DNA of 64,000 bases from Monocercomonoides exilis PA203 (lineage: Eukaryota; Protista; Preaxostyla). The stretch's first letter is position 1. The number at the start of each line of letters is the position of its first letter. The DNA is taken from contig LSRY02000045.1 of the NCBI GenBank assembly GCA_001643675.2, forward strand, positions 496,001 to 560,000. The letters are read 5' to 3'. The notes under the pieces are model-generated. The model did not search any database and was not told the DNA's origin. It saw only the letters and a list, made by a program, of their open reading frames with translations. The position numbers and the translations under genes were made by a program. Shown here piece after piece: positions 59,601 through 64,000 of the stretch.

Positions 59601-61808
59601 ATGAGATATCTTTTTGTGAGGGAGTCATTGAACCCGTCGGTTGAGTTAAATCAAATTTTATTGGAGAATTATGATAATTGTTGTTCAGTGTGTGGAATGA
59701 GGGGGAGTGTGGTTGTGGTGAGGGGATGTGGTGTGGAGATGGGGAGAGGCAAGGAGGCAGGGGTGTTTGAGCTGGGCAGGTGCAGAGGGGTGTTTTGGAA
59801 CATCACGCTGAGAGGGGTTGGAAGGGGAGGAAATGTGTGTGGGAGACTGTTTGGAGGAGAGGGGAGGATGGGGCAGACGAGGAGTGAGAGAGAAGGTGGG
59901 GGAAGAGGAAGAGTCGGATGGGGAAGAGGAAGTGGAAGAGCTGAAGGAGGAGAGAGAGGAGGACAACGAGGAGGTGGAGGAAGAAGAGGTGGAGAAGGAA
60001 GAGGAAAAGGAAAAGAAGAAGAAAGTGAAGAAGAAGGGAGTGTATTGGTGAGTGAGTCCGATTTCTCATCTTTTTGTGTGTCTTCAGCCCCGTTTCTGGC
60101 GCCTCCCCTGACACGCCTTATGACACTCACCCAGCTAACCTTCTTCAACATCTCCACAAATCCATCGAAAACACCACATCTGGGTGAAGGGCCGAGCCAA
60201 ACCTCGTTTCTGATGAGTGGGTGCACATTTTCATCAGTGTGGGATGTGTATGATGGAGGCATTGTACCCTCACTGAACAGCCCCTCATCATCCTTGTCTG
60301 CCTCGAACACCTCATTTATCAGATGCTATCGGTCTGAGAATGTTGCAGTCAGCGGGAGTGAAGGGAATCCATCGAAACCAGCGAGACAGCAGATAGCAGA
60401 CAATGGGGCAAATTCGTTCACTTGGTGCGTGTGGAATGGCACAAAAACCACTGGAACAAGTGGTTCTTATTCAGATGGGATATCGAGTGGAGGGGCGATT
60501 AACATGTATAATCTGGGATCGGGAACGCTTTCAGTGAAATTTTGTTCATTCAATGATTGCTATGCATATGCTTATGGTGGAGGAATTATGTGTCGTTCGA
60601 TCAGTTCAATCAATATTGAGAACAACTCATTCAATGCATGTACTGCAAAAAATTATTATGGAGGAGGGATATATGCTCTATCAATTTCGTCATGTGTCAG
60701 GATCAGCGGCTGTGAATTTCAGAATTGCAAAGCAGATCGAGTGGGAGGAGGGCTTTATCTCGAAAATTTTAATGTTTCTGGATCTTCCTGTATTGGAACA
60801 GAAAGCGGCAAAGGGGAGAGTGCTTGTGTGTTTGAGTGTTTTTTCACTTCGTGCTCGCTTACAAGTAATTGTGGCGGAGGGATGTATTGCCAAAGTGTTC
60901 CAGCTGCATTCAAAATGAGGAGCCTCCAATTTATTTCGTGCTCAGCAGTGTCAGTTGGCGGAGGATTGGATTTCAGGCCATATCAATCAACAGCTCCAAG
61001 CAACAACACTTATTGCTATTTCTTCTTCTTCCACGATTGCAGTTGCAGTAATTCCACTCCATATGGCCACGATGTGTATTTTGAAGATCGTTACAATTTC
61101 TTCTCATCGAGCAACCCATTCCACGAATCGTATACAACGAATAGTGATGAGAAGAGAGTGTGCTATGCTTATTTGCAATCAAGCAGTTGGAAATATCAGC
61201 ATACAGAAAAGAAGGGATGGCTGAAGGAAGGGATGAAGGATCGGTATGTTGGGGTGGGTGGGGATGATGCGAGCAATCTGTGTGGGATGAGTGAGGCAGC
61301 ACCTTGCAAGACAGTGGGGCATGCAGTGAGTTCGAGCATGGCGCAGCTGAGCTCGACAATCACAGTGCTGAGTGGGAGGCATGTGAGTGAAGGGACAACA
61401 ATCAGTGTTGGGGAAAAGAAGATTTCTGTTTTGGGGAAAGGGAAGGCAGTGAGTGTGATTGGGACAAGTGCGCTTTCTTCGTCTGCAACTACTCTGTTTA
61501 GCATATCTTCTGGCCAACTGGAGGTGGGGCATGTGGGGATCGATCACAACGCGACAAGAAGCTCATCGCCGAGTGTGTTTGTGGTGTCACTGGGGAGCGG
61601 GACTCTTTCGCTGGAGGATGTGGTGCTCAACTCTTCGACATCAGGAGGGAGTGTAATATCAATATCTGTGTTAGATGTTGCGCTGAGGCAGCTGAAGACG
61701 ATTGATGTGGAGATTGAAAACATGAAAATGACCCAACTTCTGATTATCGATCCATATTTTATTGGATTTGCATTGGGAGAAAATTGTTTGTTGTTTATTT
61801 TGTTCTGA
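59601..61808 (+). CDS. Beta-helix family protein, copy I (735 aa, the longest copy)
   Basis: ATG start as in copy D; complete scaffold to 'ENCLLFILF'. Confidence 0.78.
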   Translation: MRYLFVRESLNPSVELNQILLENYDNCCSVCGMRGSVVVVRGCGVEMGRGKEAGVFELGRCRGVFWNITLRGVGRGGNVCGRLFGGEGRMGQTRSEREGGGRGRVGWGRGSGRAEGGERGGQRGGGGRRGGEGRGKGKEEESEEEGSVLVSESDFSSFCVSSAPFLAPPLTRLMTLTQLTFFNISTNPSKTPHLGEGPSQTSFLMSGCTFSSVWDVYDGGIVPSLNSPSSSLSASNTSFIRCYRSENVAVSGSEGNPSKPARQQIADNGANSFTWCVWNGTKTTGTSGSYSDGISSGGAINMYNLGSGTLSVKFCSFNDCYAYAYGGGIMCRSISSINIENNSFNACTAKNYYGGGIYALSISSCVRISGCEFQNCKADRVGGGLYLENFNVSGSSCIGTESGKGESACVFECFFTSCSLTSNCGGGMYCQSVPAAFKMRSLQFISCSAVSVGGGLDFRPYQSTAPSNNTYCYFFFFHDCSCSNSTPYGHDVYFEDRYNFFSSSNPFHESYTTNSDEKRVCYAYLQSSSWKYQHTEKKGWLKEGMKDRYVGVGGDDASNLCGMSEAAPCKTVGHAVSSSMAQLSSTITVLSGRHVSEGTTISVGEKKISVLGKGKAVSVIGTSALSSSATTLFSISSGQLEVGHVGIDHNATRSSSPSVFVVSLGSGTLSLEDVVLNSSTSGGSVISISVLDVALRQLKTIDVEIENMKMTQLLIIDPYFIGFALGENCLLFILF

Positions 61809-62193
61809 CTGCACAACACGCAAACTGAAGAGAGGAAAAAAAAATAGAAATTATGAAGTTTTCTTTTTATTATCTTTTTATTAAAGTATCAGGTGATGAA
61901 GTGTTATTTTTTATTGAGCATACGTATGCTTCACGAAAAAGAATTTTTTTTTATGAAAATGATTTGTTGATAAAAATTTTGTGGATGCATGTAAACGGAA
62001 TAAATGAAAAAATACAACTAAAAACAACGATTTAGTCATAAATTATGAATAAATTCAAATATCTGTTTTATAACAAATTATTCAAAAAATGATTGTTATT
62101 TGAACATTCTGATAAAAAAGTTTCAAAATCTTTGAAAATAGAAACAAAAATCGAAAATGCTTTAATTATCAAAAATATTGTATTTATCAACAA

Positions 62194-64000
62194 TCATGAT
62201 TTAAAAGTCGCTTTAGATTGCGATGATAATAAAATTGTCATAGATTTTTAAATGAGCTGCTTTTGTTTTCTGATGATTGTGAATCATGAACATCACAGAT
62301 AATCTTGTATCAATGAGTGTATTATTGTGAAGTGATTGAATATTATTCAAAGTCTGAAAATCAATTTATTTTCATTTATTTTTCAAATAAAAAAAATAAT
62401 AATTTAAAAAGATTAGAGAAGAAATCGTGTCAAATTATTTATGGTGAACTGTATATTTTTTCAAAATATTGTTCGAATAGACATTTGTTCACAAATGGGT
62501 GATTATTCTTGAAATCATAGAAAAGATCTGGGGGTGAATTATTCACTCATCTCCTTTTGAATGAAGTTATTTGTATTGAATTGAAATTGACACAAACAAT
62601 GGTGTTGAATAACGAATGTGATGTTATCTCCTTTCAGAGAGTTGATAAATGTCATTTTCCAAAAATTATGAAAAATCTGAATTGATTGACATAACGTGTC
62701 TGATTTCGAAAAAATAGAATAACCTTGAATTGAATAGTCCTCAACCTTTCAAATCATTGTTGGAATGGTATCAGCAATTTATTTTTTGAAAAAGACATTT
62801 GATCTTGAAACACTCATCTCTTGCTCATTTCTCAATGATTGTTTGTTGTTGAGTCTTTTCATCTCAAACAAATGTTTTGAAATTTTTTTCTTCTTGATCC
62901 TTATTTCTTATTTTCAGATATCTCAACTTTTGTTCAATAAGTGGTAAATTGGGAAAGAATTTGAATAACAAACTTATGAGGAAAAAGGAATGAGCATTAT
63001 CCTTTTTGAAAAGAAACAAAAACATGTCAAAAATTAAAAAGAATGTGAAATGAAATCATTCAATTTTCTTTGTTCCAAAATATTCAAATGTCTCTATTAA
63101 TCAGCAAAAACAAACAATTTTTCCATTAATGAAAATAATTTCATTTCACATTCTTTTTAATTTTTGACATGTTTTTGTTTCTTTTCAAAAAGGATAATGC
63201 TCATTCCTTTTTCCTCATAAGTTTGTTATTCAAATTCTTTCCCAATTTACCACTTATTGAACAAAAGTTGAGATATCTGAAAATAAGAAATAAGGATCAA
63301 GAAGAAAAAAATTTCAAAACATTTGTTTGAGATGAAAAGACTCAACAACAAACAATCATTGAGAAATGAGCAAGAGATGAGTGTTTCAAGATCAAATGTC
63401 TTTTTCAAAAAATAAATTGCTGATACCATTCCAACAATGATTTGAAAGGTTGAGGACTATTCAATTCAAGGTTATTCTATTTTTTCGAAATCAGACACGT
63501 TATGTCAATCAATTCAGATTTTTCATAATTTTTGGAAAATGACATTTATCAACTCTCTGAAAGGAGATAACATCACATTCGTTATTCAACACCATTGTTT
63601 GTGTCAATTTCAATTCAATACAAATAACTTCATTCAAAAGGAGATGAGTGAATAATTCACCCCCAGATCTTTTCTATGATTTCAAGAATAATCACCCATT
63701 TGTGAACAAATGTCTATTCGAACAATATTTTGAAAAAATATACAGTTCACCATAAATAATTTGACACGATTTCTTCTCTAATCTTTTTAAATTATTATTT
63801 TTTTTATTTGAAAAATAAATGAAAATAAATTGATTTTCAGACTTTGAATAATATTCAATCACTTCACAATAATACACTCATTGATACAAGATTATCTGTG
63901 ATGTTCATGATTCACAATCATCAGAAAACAAAAGCAGCTCATTTAAAAATCTATGACAATTTTATTATCATCGCAATCTAAAGCGACTTTTAAATCATGA
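62194..64000. repeat. Palindrome P4 (runs off the window); spacer 63057-63137 (81 bp)
   Basis: Mirror positions sum to 126194 (62317/63877, 62765/63429); arms look identical to the window end. Confidence 0.95.

Noticed and set aside
2-61808. Diversity-generating retroelement as the source of variation
   Set aside because: No reverse transcriptase in the window, and differences between copies are not adenine-specific (e.g. TAT-GCT vs CAT-TGG; GTA/GCT/TAC).
2-61808. Bacterial origin (Chlamydia Pmp-like autotransporters)
   Set aside because: GGA/GGG rungs resemble Pmp repeats, but there is no autotransporter barrel and the neighbours are intron-containing eukaryotic genes.
237-61819. Numerous short overlapping or antisense ORFs within the family genes, FAM91A1 and the 896-aa ORF
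   Set aside because: Shadow frames caused by low-complexity, strand-biased sequence; they recur only because the host gene is repeated.
16276-64000. All palindromes being amplification or read fold-back artefacts
   Set aside because: Arms differ by in-frame patches and a repeat expansion, and P2 and P3 share a diverged homologous spacer. The artefact explanation is retained only for the degraded segment 26080-27350 and needs read-level confirmation.

Overview
AT-rich eukaryotic genomic DNA with short GT-AG introns and the standard genetic code (RPL12 ends in TAA). Composition and gene content suggest an anaerobic protist such as an oxymonad (Monocercomonoides-like), which is an inference. 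Two islands of ordinary genes are present: about 8.9-14.1 kb (acidic low-complexity protein, ML/NPC2-domain protein, FAM221-like) and about 36.1-45.0 kb (secreted Cys-rich protein, FAM91A1 inflated to ~2350 aa, RPL12). The rest is dominated by nine copies of one Cys/Gly-rich right-handed beta-helix (pectin-lyase-like) gene family. Every copy lies in an arm of one of four DNA palindromes, centred at ~2278, ~25620, ~51600 and ~63097; the largest spans 18.2 kb. The copies share a near-invariant scaffold but vary sharply in the 2-4 residues before each GGG turn, and these variable segments are shuffled between copies in patches. Two palindromes share a homologous but diverged ~160-bp spacer, which argues that they are real, old structures kept homogeneous by arm-to-arm conversion. 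A 22-bp quasi-dyad motif lies downstream of every copy. Two distinct TA-flanked MITEs are present. Working hypothesis: a palindrome-organised, gene-conversion-driven diversification system for a surface or recognition protein family. Caveat: one inner arm (26080-27350) looks like a poor assembly consensus.
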